Assembly (NCBI RefSeq): GCF_036365525.1
Contig: NC_090405.1
Location: 33,982,224-34,046,223 of the forward strand
Direction: 5' to 3'
DNA: 64,000 bases
Source: Heterodontus francisci
Taxonomy: Eukaryota
Shown: positions 24,295 to 37,959 of the stretch, in pieces
Numbering within the stretch: the stretch's first letter is position 1
Layout of the letters: every line of letters starts with the position of its first letter
Translations under genes and position numbers: made by a program
The notes under the pieces: model-generated
The model's database searches: none
Told to the model about the DNA's origin: nothing
Seen by the model: only the letters and a program-made list of their open reading frames with translations

Positions 24295-25330
24295 TAGAAA
24301 CATGGAAAGCAGGAGTAGGCCTTTAGGGCCTGCTCTTCCACTCAAAAAAGATCATGGCTGATTGTCTAATTTAGTACCCCGTTCCTGCTTTCTCCCCATA
24401 TCCCTTTGGTGTTAAAAAATATATCTGTCTCCTTCTTAAATATATTTAATGACTTGTCCTCCACTGCCTTCTGTGGTAGTGAATTCCACAGGTTCACCAC
24501 CCTCTGAGTGAAGAAATTTCTCCTCATCTCTGTTCTAAATGACATACCCTGTATCCTGAGATTGTGACCCCTGGTTCTGGAGTCCCCAGCCATCGGGAAC
24601 ATCCTCCTTGCATCTAGCCTGTCTAGTCCTGTTAGAATTTTGTAGGTTTCTATGAGATCCCGTCTCATCTGAACTCTAGTGACTATAGGCCTAGTCGACC
24701 CAATCTCTCCCCATATGCCAATCCCGCCATCCCAGGAATCAGCCTAGTAAATCATCTTTGTACTCCTGCAAGAACATCCTTCCTCAGATGAGGAGACCAA
24801 AACTGCACACAATACTCCAGATGTGGTCTCACCAAGGCCCTGTATAACTGCAGTAAGACATCCTTGCTCCTGTACTCGAGCTTTCAGCGACTGGTGTACA
24901 AAGACACCCAGGTCTCGTTGCACCTCCCCCTTTCCCAATCTATCACCATTCAGATAATCTGCCTTTCTGTTTTTACAACCAAAGTGGATAACCTCGCATT
25001 TATCCACGTTATACTGCATCTGCCATGCATATGCCCGCTCACGCAACTTGTCCAAATTGTATTGGAGCCGCTTTGCATCCTCCTCACAGCTCACATTCCC
25101 TCCCCACCCCGACTTTGTGTCATCTGCAACATTGGTTTCCTCACCCGTCATTAATATATATTGTGAATAGCTGGGGCCCAAGCACTGATCCCTGCAGTGT
25201 CCACTAGTCACACCTGAAAAAAGACCTGTTTATTCCTACTCTCTGTTTCCTGTCTGTCAACCAATTCTCAATTCATGCCTGTATATTACTCCCAATCCCA
25301 TGTACTTTAATTTTGCCCTCTTATGTGGGA
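24295..25330 (-). mobile_element. CR1 (HER1-like) LINE 3' portion
   Basis: ADDTK, WQMQYNVDKCEVIHFG, RRNFFTQRVVNLWNSLP. Confidence 0.9.
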
Positions 25331-26633
25331 CCTTGCATACACAATGCAGGGTATGTTTTTTAAACAGTTGTTCTCTGGATGTGGGCATCATTGGCAAGGT
25401 GACATTTATTGCCCATCCTCAGTTTCCCTTGAGAATGTGTTGTTTCCTCTTCAGCCCTTGAAGTCCATGTGGTGAAGGAGCTCCCACAGTGCTACTATGT
25501 ATAGTTCCAAGATTTTGACTCGTCTACTGTGGAGGAACATGGGGAGGACTTGTTATATGAATGCTTTTGGTTAAAGTTTAATTTAAATCTGAAGCATTCC
25601 TCAATGACTCAAGCAGAGACTGAGTTGATTGCTGTTGACTTTAGCATTTGCATCAGATAAAAGCTCTGGAGAGATAACATCTGGAGTGGTGTGTCTATTT
25701 TGGTCACTTTACATCTACACAGGTGTGATGTTAATGGAGAAGGTTTGAGTGTGGACTACAAGTTTATTGCTAATATTTAAAGGTAAATGGGAGATTTAAT
25801 GCAACTTATTTTAGATTATGAAGGGTTTTGACCAACTGGAGCCTGTTTCTCTGCTGTATAGAGAATTCCAGAACCAGGGGGCATGCAGTCAAAATCTAAA
25901 TTGACAATTCATCCAATATGTATTTAGCAAGAGGGTGATAAACATGTGGGACAAATAGGACATTTGATTTTTTTTTTAAATGTAAGAATTCATAAATTCC
26001 TGTCATCTGAAAGGGCGTACACTCAATATGAAATAAAAGATGTGACAGGAAAGAAATGGTGTGCTAGATAGAGTAGTACTCTTTACCTGTAATATATTAT
26101 TGTAATGATGCCACTGGGTAATATTTCCTGTGTTAAATGGTTATGAAATAATGGGATGTGGACAAGCCTAAAAACTCACTTTGTGTTGAAGGATTGTGAA
26201 CAAGCCTAATAACTCCTGGGTACTTATAACAAAAAAAACACAGCTGCGTGCATGCTGATGCTGGATGCCAGTAATATCCCTCATATATTTCTATATATGG
26301 GATTAGGAGAGTTATCTGCAGTACTTGTTAAGTACTGTATTTGGTAACTGTCAAGAATTTGTTGACACACAGTCTGCTTGCACTTCCAGGTACAAGACCA
26401 GTTGTTACTTGTTTCCAAGCACCATCTTTATATTCCACGCATTCCGAAACTCTCCTGTTCTAAATAGGACGTTTAAACTACAAGCTATAGCAACTGAGCA
26501 ACCAGCTGCTATGACAGAATCACTGCACAAAGCAGTGCTATAAATATAAACTTCAGATTTTAAATAATGCTTTCAGCAAAATTCAATGCTTAACGGAGCC
26601 CCTCATAACCTGTATATTTATCTTTTTGTTCAG

Positions 26634-26717
26634 GTACGGACTGTAACGTTAATCCCAGGTGATGGCATTGGCCCAGAGATATCTGATGCTGTAATGAAGA
26701 TCTTTGATGTTGCTGAA
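26634..26717 (+). CDS. IDH3A: IDH3A exon 3
   Basis: [28 protein letters not shown]; AG/GT boundaries. Confidence 0.96.
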
Positions 26718-26984
26718 GTAAATGCCTTTTACGTTCTTGCTAGCAGGCTGATTGTCTAATGTAGATTTTGAATTTGTGTTTTTTAATCGAATTATTTTTA
26801 TTTTACGGTTATAAATTTGCAACTTTGCAATGGGTTTTTAACTTTTATGTAATTGCTTTGCTTTATAACATTAACTGTAATTTTCCACTGTTGAATGCAA
26901 TAGAAGCATGTTACTGTCTTGTGCTTTTACTTCAGGTTTCAAATTTTATTTTGACATCTGCAAAGGGACTATTACAATATCAAT

Positions 26985-27390
26985 CATGGCTCAGTGGGTC
27001 AGAAGGTTGTGTGTTCAAATTCCACTCCGGAGACTTGAGTGCATAATCCAGGCTGACACCCCAGTGCAGTATTGAGGGAGTGCTACACTATCAGAGGTGC
27101 TGTCTTTCAAAGGAGACATTAAACCAAGGCCTCATGAGGACCCCTGCCCCCTCAGGTGGACATAAAAAAATTCCGTGGCATTATTCAAAGAGCTGGGGAG
27201 TTCTCCAGGTGTCCTAGCCAATGTTTATCCCTCAATAAAATAGTATATCTGGCCACTTAGTTCGTTATTATGAGAGTTTGCTGTGTGCAAATTGACTACC
27301 ATGTTTCCCTCATTTCAAAAGTATTTCACTGGCTGTAAAGCGCTTTGGCGTGTCCTAAGGTCATGAAAAGAGCTATATACATGCCTCTTG
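26985..27390 (+). mobile_element. Deu-domain SINE
   Basis: Head, Deu core and tail as in the other copies. Confidence 0.75.
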
Positions 27391-27977
27391 CCCTCTTTAT
27401 TAAGGGGTTGTCCAATTTCAAAAAAAAGTGTTTACAAATGACTGTTGGAGTTGTCACTAGGAGTTTGGTAGGAAGCACTTCCCAGCATGTGCAATTGGCC
27501 TAGCTCTATGAGTCATTTTAAAAAAAAAAAATAGAATTTGCTTAGTTTTGATCCCAAATCAGTTTAACCATCCAGAAAAATACTACACACTACCCCAGTC
27601 GTCTTGTAATGAAGCAGCTACCAATTAGCTGCTTGGGGGGGGGCTTAAATTTGAGATTGTTTCATGTACGTTTGCTCCAGTAACTTGATTTCAGTCTTTT
27701 CACATTAATTCTGCACAGTAACTTGTAGCCAACAGGGAGCGCACACTTGGCGTTTGACAAGCCTGCACTGCATTCAAACTCTACAGCACCACCCACTCTC
27801 CCATAATACAGTTTATATCTTGGATTGGGCAGGTCCTTACCTCTGGGTTAATGGGCTGTCAATAATGACCACAACTCCCTGACAGTCTTTCCGTAAATTG
27901 GTAAATGAAGTTAGTGTAAATTTTAATAGGAGCTGCATTGATAAAGGGGATTGATAGCACTGTGACAATTTACAATA

Positions 27978-28143
27978 CTTTCTTTTGGGCCTCCTTATCT
28001 CGAGAGACAATGGATACGCTCCTGGAGGTGGTCAGTGGTTTGTGAAGCAGCGCCTGGAGTGGCTATAAAGGCCAATTCTAGAGTGACAGGCTTTTCCACA
28101 GTTGCTGCAGAGAAATTTGTTTGTCGGGGCTGTTGCACAGTCG
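27978..28143 (-). mobile_element. RTE LINE 3'-end fragment
   Basis: Reverse complement of about 10380-10540. Confidence 0.85.
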
Positions 28144-28411
28144 GCAGTTTGCTAATTGTTACGGCATCTCCATTATTGCATTTTTAAAGTGGTTGGAGAT
28201 GTAATTGTGTGTACTACAAAGCACTTGTGTGGTGTTCAGTATTGCAACTCCTGTAGCAGCTGTTAGCTAGTGTTATCTTGTTTTCTGCAGTTTTTAAGGT
28301 GACAAATTGCCTCATTTCACCCCAAGGGCACTTAGAGCAATTAATGTTGCAGCTGCAGGATTAAATAGAGGATGATGGCACTTGTTTTCACAATCTCTTT
28401 GCCTTTTAAAG

Positions 28412-28526
28412 GTTCCCATTCGTTGGGAGGAGAGGACTGTTACAGCCATCCAAGCACCGAATGGAAAATGGATCATTCCTCCAGAGGCTAAAGAATCCAT
28501 GGATGCAAACAAGATCGGATTGAAAG
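28412..28526 (+). CDS. IDH3A: IDH3A exon 4
   Basis: [38 protein letters not shown]; 115 nt. Confidence 0.96.
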
Positions 28527-29424
28527 GTATATAGCAGGTGCTGAAGTTAGACAATGCTCGGTGATTGATCTTTGTATTCAGTAACCGATTCGAATGCTGT
28601 GGTTTTACAGACATAGAGTTATACAGCACAGAAACAGGCCCTTTGGCCCATCGTGTCTGTGCCAGCCATTAAGCACCTATCTATTCTAATCCCATTTTCC
28701 AGCACCTGTCCGATAGCCTTGTATGCTATGGTGTTTCAAGTGCTCATCTAAATACTTCCCTTTAAATAGTATTAGTTGTGGGGCAGGGGGGTTTGGGGGG
28801 GGCGAGGGGCATGGTCCTTCCTGGTGCTGAACGAGTGTTCTGTGCTCCAAAATAGTGGCACTGGCATCAAATCAGTGTTACGTTGCCTACCAAATGCATG
28901 GCTGGTAGTAGGGTGGGGGAGGAGAAGGCCCTGCTTCTCTTGTCTTTGCACTTTGTAGAAGGTGGTGATCTCCTAGGCCTGTATCTGTACCACCATGAAC
29001 CAGCTGCTGGGAGGCATGAGGCATCTCTTGTTACCCTCCCTCTCTCAGTGCAGAAGCTCCTCACTCTTGCCCAATGCTCTCCTTTCTTTCCACACCCCTA
29101 ACAACCCGCCCTCTATTGATTTGGCCTGTAGATTGGGGCTCCGGCATGCCGTTGCAGCAGTCTTTGCTTTTTGTTGATCACGATATGTGCATGACCTTCC
29201 ACCCACATAAATACCTCTGCAATGCACACATTTCTGTTTTGATTGGGTTGCCGTTTTGCATTTAAAATATTCAGATTGGTTTGTCAAGTAATTGTGTAGC
29301 AGATTATGGTTTGATAGCTTCAAATTATATGTAAAGTAGATGAGTAACTTAGTTTAGAATATTATAGTCCTGGAGCTTTGCCATAATCACAACTTGCTCG
29401 AATAAAGACTTTTTTTAATCCACT

Positions 29425-29720
29425 GATAATGTAGTGGTTATGTTTCTGGACTAGTAATCGAGAGCCTGGACTACTGGTCTGGAGGCATGAGTGCAGATCA
29501 TACTACGGCAGCTAGGGGAATTTAAATTCAATTAAGAAATAAATCTGGAATAAAATGTATTAGTAATGGTGATCTCGAAACGAACTGGATTATCGTGACT
29601 CCAGACCCATAGCAATGTATTTGACTCTGAACCTCCCTCTGAAATGGCCTAACAAGCCACTCAGGTTAGGGATGGACAGTAAATGCTGCCTACATCCCAT
29701 AAATGAACTTTAAAAAATGA
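29425..29720 (+). mobile_element. tRNA-headed SINE (same family as 15830-16207), degraded
   Basis: gtagtggttatgtttctggactagtaatc head; tail ttagggatggacagtaaatgctg...catcccat. Confidence 0.65.
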
Positions 29721-30019
29721 AATTGGTTTGAATTATGTTGCAGCTTCTAGTTCTTAAAATCAATATCTCTTGTCAGAAATGGCTGTTGTATTTTCCCTCC
29801 TTCAGTCTGGGCTGTGGCTCAGCTTGCTCACCTTAGTTTCCTCTGTTACAGTGAGGTATATGTCACTAGTGCCGTGTGCTGTCTTACCATCTGACAACAC
29901 ATTCCACTGTGACATCGTGAACTCTTGATGCAGTTTTAGTTAATCTGTTCCCAAGTTGCCTTTAACCAGCAGTTTTAAGCATGAACCAAAAGGCAGAGGA
30001 GACAAATAAACATGTGGAT

Positions 30020-30376
30020 TTAAAAGCAAAATACTGCGGATGCTGGAAATCTGAAATAAAAACAAGAAATGCTGGAACCACTCAGCAGGTCTGGCAGCAT
30101 CTGTGAAAAGAGAAGCAGAGTTAACGTTTCGGGTCAGTGACCCTTCTTCGGAACTGACAAATATTAGAAAAGTCACAGGTTATAAGCAAGTGAGGTGGGG
30201 GTGGGGCAAGAGATAACAAAGGAGGTCTAGATTGGACCAGGCCACATAGCTGACCAAAAGGTCACGGAGCAAAGGCAAACAATATGTTAATGGTGTGTTG
30301 AAAGACAAAGCATTAGTACAGATTAGGTGTTAATATACTGAATATTGAACAGCAGCAAGTGCAAACCTGAAAAAAA
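30020..30376 (-). mobile_element. Penelope-like element terminal repeat with hammerhead motif
   Basis: Minus strand cagttCCGAAGAagggtcactgacccGAAACgttaact; same tail as 18244-18380. Confidence 0.75.
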
Positions 30377-30501
30377 CATGTGGATTTATCTCTGTTTCAT
30401 ATTAGAATTCTCTTATAAGTCTGCAGTTTCCTCTTGATGTATAATTAATCACTGCCGATATGACAGTGACAAATGTTTAATGGGCAGTTCTGGACTTTCA
30501 G

Positions 30502-30689
30502 GGCCCTTGAAGACTCCTATTGCAGCTGGGCATCCGTCGATGAACTTGCTACTTCGCAAGACCTTTGACCTTTATGCAAATGTGCGTCCATGTGTATCTA
30601 TTGAAGGTTTTAAGACTCCATATAGTGGTGTGGATCTTGTTACAATTAGAGAAAACACGGAAGGAGAGTACAGTGGCATAGAACATGTG
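30502..30689 (+). CDS. IDH3A: IDH3A exon 5
   Basis: [30 protein letters not shown]...[15 protein letters not shown]; 188 nt. Confidence 0.97.
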
Positions 30690-30750
30690 GTGAGTTACTG
30701 TCTATAGTGAATGATACTGTGATTTCATTATGTTTATTTGTTTTTGGAAT

Positions 30751-31068
30751 TTTTTTTTTTAGAGATACAGCACTGAAATAGGCCCTTTGGCCCACCGAGT
30801 CTGTGCCGGCCATCAACCACCCATTTATACTAATCCCACATTAATTCCATATCCCTACCACCTACCTATACTAGGGGCAATTTATAATGGCCAATTTACC
30901 TATCAACCTGCAAGTCTTTGGCATGTGGGAGGAAACCGGAGCACCCGGAGGAAACCCAAGCAGACACAGGGAGAACTTGCAAACTCCACACAGGCGGTAT
31001 CCAGAATTGAACCCGGGTCGCTGGAGCTGTGAGGCTGCGGTGCTAACCACTGCGCCACTGTGCCGCCC
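30751..31068 (-). mobile_element. HE1-type V-SINE
   Basis: tRNA head ggcacagtggcgcagtggttagc, V-domain ccgggtgctccggtttcctcccac, CR1-like tail. Confidence 0.9.
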
Positions 31069-31074
31069 ACTGTG

Positions 31075-32240
31075 CTGGCAAAGCCACATTTATTGTCCAT
31101 CTCTTGTTGCCCTGAGAATGTGGGCCTTCTCATTAAACCACTACAGTCCTCGTGCTGTTGTTGCTCCCACAATATGGTTAGGGAGAAAATTACAGGATAA
31201 TGACCCAGCAACAATGAAGGAATGGTGATGTATATCCAAGTCAGATTGGAGGTGAACTTGGGGGTGATGGTGTTCACATAACATTGCTGCTTTTGGTGGT
31301 GGTCACAGAAGAGGGAGATGCTGTAAAAGTTACTTTGGTTGAGTTGTAGCACATTCTGTAGATCTTGCATACTGCAGAGACACTGCTGGTGGTTCAGGGG
31401 GTGGCTATTCAGAAACTAGTGATGGGCACCAATCAATCAAATTGCTCTGTACTGCATAGGGTAAAGCTTCTTGAATGTTGTGGCTGCACCCATCCAGGCA
31501 AGTGGTGTGAATTCCATCATACTCCTAACTTGAGCCTGCTGGATAATGGAGAGGCCTTGAGAAGTCAGGAGTCTAAGTGCCCAGCTTTTGTCTTTTGTAG
31601 ACACCATGTTGATGTGGCTGGTCCAGTTCATCTGATGAATAGTGACACCTCGCGCCCTTCCTTTCCCCGAGATGTTGATATTGTTGTATTCTGCTGTGGT
31701 GATGCTTTTGAAGGTCATGGGGAGATGACTGGACTTTCTCTTGTCTGAGAGGGTCGTTACCTGGCACCTACCTGCCAGTTTTCAGCCCAGGCCTGCATGT
31801 TTTCTAGGTCCTGCTGTAGGCTGGTTTGGGCTGATTCGTTACCAAAGGAATTGCAAATGAAGTTGAACACTGCAGTCATGAACAGTTCCATTCCAGTACC
31901 CCTGGACTCTGATGGCGAAAAGATCATTGCTGAAACACCTGAAGTTGGTTAATCCGAGGATGCTGCCCTGAGGAACTCGGGCAGTGATAACCTGATACTT
32001 TAATGACTGGCCTGCAATAATCACACTCGACTTGCTTTGCATCAGGTGTGATTCCAGTCACTGAAAGGGTTTCCCTTTGCCTCTCTTCTAACTTCAATTT
32101 TGCTCGGGTTGTTTGATGCCATATGTGGTGCAGTGCTGCCTTGATGTTGCGGGCAGCTCCTCTAGTCTTTTCTCTACCATTCAGTCTGGATTAAGGTCTG
32201 ATCTTGTCTGTGAGCAAGTATCCATTGCCTTCATGAAGGC
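31075..32240 (-). mobile_element. CR1-group (L2/Crack-like) LINE RT to 3' end, degraded
   Basis: VPQGSILG, AQVRSMMEFTPLAWMGAA. Confidence 0.8.
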
Positions 32241-34454
32241 AAACACCAAGGTAGTTCGCACTATGACGTTTGGAATATTTCAATCCTAACGGGACCTCGG
32301 TGGGGGGGGGGGTGGGGTGTGGTGAAGAATGGTGCCTGAGTGAGAAACCTGATATAGAAGTGTCTCTTAAGAGAGCAGAATGATTGCTAAATGAGCTGTG
32401 ACATGCAAACTGGCACAGTCCTCTGAGGAGATGCTTTCTCCTCATGCACCAGATGGATCTTTCCTCTCAGTAAACAGGATGAGATGGTTGCAGGATATGC
32501 CAATTGGAACAAATAAAATACAGGTGACTGCTGGAGGTCTTGGAACCAATCTGGCCCCTTCCTCCAAACCCCCCCCTCCCCCCCCCCCCCCCCCCCAAAC
32601 GCTTCTCTGTCTGCCTCTCATTCCGCCTCTTACTCTAAAACTAGGTAAGAACAGCAATCTAGAACCTCCTGCCATACCTTTCCTCTTTTTAGTTTGACTA
32701 GCCTGGGACTATAGTTGCTGGAGTTGTCCTAATCTCTACTCTCAATTCTGTTGCAATGTGTTTTTACGAGCATTTTGTAAACCACTTATACTGTGAGGTA
32801 ATTGTATATGGTTCCAAGGCTAATTTTATAAAGTTGGCATAAAATTCAATCTCCTGTGCACAAAGCAAGATTTAGGACACAGATAAAATGTTGCATAAGT
32901 AGAACCACAAAATCAAACTTGTAGAGGTGAGTTATGATCTGAATCCTGACTTGCCCAGTGTTCTAAATGCCGTTGCTTATTCCACACATAATGAAGCTTG
33001 AATTTATTGGCCGTTATGGAGGTTCTTTTACTAGTGTTACTGTCTGGTTCTGCTGTCTCAGGAGTTGAGACATTTTATATATAACAATGATTTGACGAAA
33101 TCTCAATGGATTGTTATCATGCAGTCTCGTGAACTTTGTTCCATTGATTGATTAGTGCATACTAAATGTGCTGCTGATGTGGCAATAATACGAGCTGTAA
33201 TATGACAACTGGCCTCCCGCTCTATGCAGCATGTCCAAGTGCTAGGCAAAGAACCCATCCATGGGCTCTCTGCTGGAGGTGCTATTTCTGGGTGCTGGAG
33301 AGTAGCCTGCAGAGCTTGAGTTACATGGGAGTTTGTTAGCCTATCTCCCAGCCTGGGACAGCGTGTGGGAGAGTAGAGGTTTCAGTGGTTGGTTGTTACT
33401 GCTCTACTATCAGTGCTATTTGTAATTCCCTTTGGAAAGTTGTTTCAGATTAAAGGAGCTCTCAAGGATATGTTCATTACTTCCCCTCAGGTGTATTTCT
33501 CTGAATTAGATAGGGGAGTTTATTTATCAAATGCTCACCATAAAATGGCAGATAGTATGGATTGTTGGACTACCAGCCGGCACCAGGTCGTTGGTCTCTG
33601 CTGTCAGGGAGAAAATGCATTGCGTGGAGGCTCAGCTGCCTGGCTAAAGAGGCGGAGAGAAAATGGGCATTTGCTTTGGTGCATTCCATCTCGGGTGAAG
33701 CCGCGGCAGCAGATCAGCCTTCTGGCGACCTGGCTACTGATGTGAGGGGCAAGAAGATCCAGTTGAGAAGAAAGATGTAAAGGCGAGTTTAGCTCTAGCT
33801 TAAAGTTAGCTGATCTCCCAAGTAGAGCTGTCACCTTTGCTGTGCTTCCACCAGCAGGGCATAATAATCAGCTCTTGGTATTCATCGCTGTTGGTCATCC
33901 TCAGTGGAGTGCTGAAGAGCATATTGGATACTAAATGTAGATTATTGAATGTCATATTCGTGTACTGAACAGAAGTAGCTCCTTAAGATAGCTCAGTGGA
34001 TAAATGAAGTGCATTGTATCTTCCTAAACCATACAGCGAAGGTTTAATTTCTAGTCAATGCTCAGTTGATTTTGAAAAGGGAAGCCATTGAAGCAGCAAA
34101 ATTGGCCTCCGCATCTTGTATTTAGAGAGAGGGAATGCTCGTGATTACTGTCTAGTGTATGTATATCGGTGTCAGGAGAGTACAGGATCAAGCTTGGGTG
34201 TTAAACCCCCTAGAGTCAAATAGCTTTCTGAGCGAATATTTACTGAACCAGGTTGTAGAAATTTGAAGAATGGTTTCTGACGTTTCATGTGGATGTGATT
34301 TGTGGATCGCGGATGTTAAGATACTATTACTGGTGCAGCTGCTATTTTGTCTTTTCTTGAAATTAACTGTCCTTCAGTTTTTGATTCGAAAGTGTTTCCC
34401 TGTTAATGTGGGTGATTTGTAAGCTTTGCCTGACTGTCTGTGCCCGTGTTGCAG

Positions 34455-34588
34455 ATTGTTGATGGGGTGGTGCAGAGTATTAAGCTGATCACAGAGGACG
34501 CCAGCAGGCGCGTCGCAGAGTTTGCATTTGAGTATGCGAGGAACAATCAGAGGAGCATGGTTACAGCTGTGCACAAAGCCAACATCAT
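34455..34588 (+). CDS. IDH3A: IDH3A exon 6
   Basis: [45 protein letters not shown]; 134 nt. Confidence 0.97.
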
Positions 34589-34699
34589 GTAAGTGGAATT
34601 GGATCACTATTTTATTGGCAAAGGCTCCAGCTTACTTGGGAATTACTTGTATTTAGTCCTTTTCAGAGTTGCCATGTATGAAAGCCCAGCTGGCAATGT

Positions 34700-35640
34700 C
34701 TTGTATAGCAGCAGAGGAAACCTGTTGGCAGTTGTGATGGCGGATCAGAAGAGCTAGGGAGCCACAGCCACAGGGTCCCATCCATGACATTGATCAAAGG
34801 TGGTCTCAGTTCTGTGGGTGGGGCAGAAACACCATTGGTGGGGCCTTGATTAGGGAGAAGTGGGAATGAAGCAAGAAGACTTGAGAGGAAAGGAAGCTTG
34901 GAGATAGGATAGTGGTCAAGAGAATACAGTGATGGTGGTTTTGAAGCTGCTGAGCGACAGAGACCTACTGTTGGCAGGCATGGAGAATGTAGGTGAAATT
35001 GGGGATTCAGAAACTGGGATAGGAAGGGGTTTAGAGTGCAGATGGTGGGCTTTGTAGACAAGCTGAGTGATTTAAAGACTGGGGGATATGGTGAGAAACT
35101 GCAAAGCGGGACAGGGGCTGATGGAGTAAGGTGGATTGGGCAGTCAGTGGGGGGCAACAGCTGCAATGCAGATGGCTTTGATTTTAGGTTCACAATGCAA
35201 GGAACTCCTGGGATGCTTTGTTCTTGAGTTTAGGGGCAACAGTGGAGAGCGAGGAAGTATTTAGTAAAGGAATTTGAAATAGGTTTTCCAGGATGATAAA
35301 ATACTCTCTTTTTGAGGGACAGAGGGAAATGAGGTGAGGGAGACATAACTACCTGGGGGCAAGCAACTCGGGCGAACATCGAGTGTGAAGGAGTTCTTGA
35401 CCTAATTTGAGGTGGCATTGTCATATTGGGGAGCGATGAAAGTCGGAAACCAAATGCGCAGCACTGGGGAGCGGGAAGGGTCCAGCAGAGGAATTGGGGG
35501 TAGGCAAGGGATGGGTATAGGGATTGGCAGTGAAGTGAGTGGGATAGTCTGGTCAGCATTGGAGATCATTGGGGTGTTATCAAGTGTGATAAACCAGATC
35601 AAGGGAATGAACATATATATTGGTGCATGAGTTTGTGTGG
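34700..35640 (-). mobile_element. Old L2-like LINE fragments
   Basis: YPISKLPFLS RT-entry motif; similar remnants at 39600-40600. Confidence 0.5.
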
Positions 35641-35769
35641 TGGGTGAGGTTGAGCAGGGCATTGAATGTGGTGGATGAAAGAAAGGGTGAGTTCAAACAA
35701 AAGATTAAATTTGCCAAGGATGAGGAGTTATTTGGTGTAGTCGCTAATGGTAGACACAAGGAGATTTGG

Positions 35770-37060
35770 AAGGTGTTGTCAACAGTGCTATCAAGTGGCA
35801 CTTACTCACCTGCTCACTGATGCTCAATATGGATTCCACCAGACTTCAGACCTCATTACAGCCTTGGTCCAAACATGGACAAAAGAGCTGAATACTAGAG
35901 GTGAAGTGAGAGTGATTGCCCTTGACATCAAGGCAGCATTTAACCAAGTGGCATCAAGGAGCCCTACTCAAACTGAAGCCAGTGGGAATTGGGGAAAATT
36001 CTCCACTGGTTGGAGTCATATGTAGCACAAAAGAAGATGGTTGTGGTTGTTGGAGGCCAATCATTTCAGCCCCAAGAGTTCCTCAGGGTAGCGTCCTAGG
36101 CCCAACCATCCTCGGCTGCTTTCTCAATGACCTTCCCTCCATCATAAGGTCTGAAGTGGGAATGTCTGCTGATGATTGCAGCGTTCAGTACCATTCACAA
36201 TTTGTCAGATACTGAAGCAGTCCGTGCCTGCGTGCTGCAAGAACTAGACAATATTCAGGCTAGAGCTGATAAGTAGCAAGTCATTGGCACCACACAAGTG
36301 CCAGGCACTGGCTATCTCCAATGAGAGAGAATCTGACCATCTCCTTGATGTTCAACGGCATTACTATTGATGAATCCCCCACCATCAGCATCCAGGGGCG
36401 GGGGGGTGGGGTCACCTTGACCAGAAACTTAATTGGACCAGCCGTATAAATACTGTAGCTCCAAGAGCCGGTCAGAGACTGGGAATTCTGTAGTAAGTAA
36501 CTCATCATCTGCTTATCTATCATCTACAAGGCACAAGTTAGGAGTGTGATGGAATACTCTACACTTGCCTGAATGAGTGAAGCTCCAACAACACTCAAGA
36601 AGCTCAACATTATCCAGGACAAAGCAGCCCACTTGATTTGCACCCCATCCACCACCTTCAACATTCACTCCCTCCACCACCAACACACAATGGCAGCAGT
36701 GTGTACCATCTACAAGATGCACTGCAGAAACTTGCCTTCAACAAGACTCCTTCGACAACACCTTCCAAAACCTTGACTCTACCACCTAGAAGGACAAGTG
36801 CAGCAGATGCATGGGAACACCACCACCTGCAAGTTCCCCTCCAAGTCACACACCGTCCTGACTTGAAAGTATTTCAACTGTTCCTTCATTGTCATTTGGT
36901 CGAAATCTTAGAACTTTCTCACTAACTGTGGGAGTATCTTCACCACATGGACTACAGCATTAAGGAGGCGGGTCACCACCACCTTCTCCAGGGCAATTAG
37001 GAAGGGCACTAAATTCTGGCCTTGCCAGCAACACCCACATCCCATGAATGAGTAAAGAAA
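35770..37060 (+). mobile_element. CR1-group (L2/Crack-like) LINE RT to 3' end
   Basis: VRVIALDIKAAFNQV, VPQGSVLGPT, MSADDC, SLHHQHTMAAVCTIYKMHC, tail ccacatcccatgaatgag. Confidence 0.85.
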
Positions 37061-37399
37061 CAATTCAGTAGTGTATTGCAAATGTTGCACCCTGAGACTT
37101 TAATATGTATTTTATTTTCTGATAGCGTTTGTAGATTTCATGTTTTGAAATTATGAATTCCCCTGTATGGTTTTCACCTCCAGTAAGAAGCAGATGAATG
37201 TGAGCAATGTGTCAGCGAGACTGAGTCACTTGACTGCGTACATGTGAAGGGCTGCATTCTTGCACTGTTAAAACTAATCCCAGGCTTTTGACAGTAGTCT
37301 CTGTTCAGCTCTGGATATCTGGCACAATAAGTAGGAACTGCCACTTATTAATTCTGTAGATAGTCTTGCATTTTAATACTTTGTAAATGTGTGTTTCAG

Positions 37400-37502
37400 G
37401 CGAATGTCAGATGGACTTTTCCTGAGGAAATGCAGGGAAGCAGCAGAAAACTCTAAAGATATCAAGTTTACAGAAATGTATTTGGATACAGTGTGTCTTA
37501 AT
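37400..37502 (+). CDS. IDH3A: IDH3A exon 7
   Basis: [34 protein letters not shown]; 103 nt. Confidence 0.97.
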
Positions 37503-37546
37503 GTAAGCGTCAGGACTATGAAGTTGTCTATTTTATAGCTTGTTGA

Positions 37547-37825
<279 letters not shown>

Positions 37826-37959
37826 TGACAGTCTCTGGTGTAGTTTGCTGTCGTTGCACTGCACAAGGTCCATGTACTAACGCCATATATCATTTGCAAT
37901 TTCAATTAAAAATTTGAGAAAGGCAAGGGAAAAACCATTTACTCACACAAATAGTTGGT

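Noticed and set aside
30751-31068. tRNA genes suggested by A/B boxes (also 16207, 38529, 52539, 60027)
   Set aside because: These are SINE heads that continue into SINE bodies.
14958-32596. Long C tracts (14958, 19165, about 32569) as functional G-quadruplexes
   Set aside because: Simple homopolymers in or near repeats with unreliable length; no evidence of function.
33980-34270. Ancient SINE-like segment (a related reverse copy near 43080-43240) and MITE-like pieces (about 11600-11740, 39215-39480)
   Set aside because: Too degenerate to assign a family or boundaries by eye.
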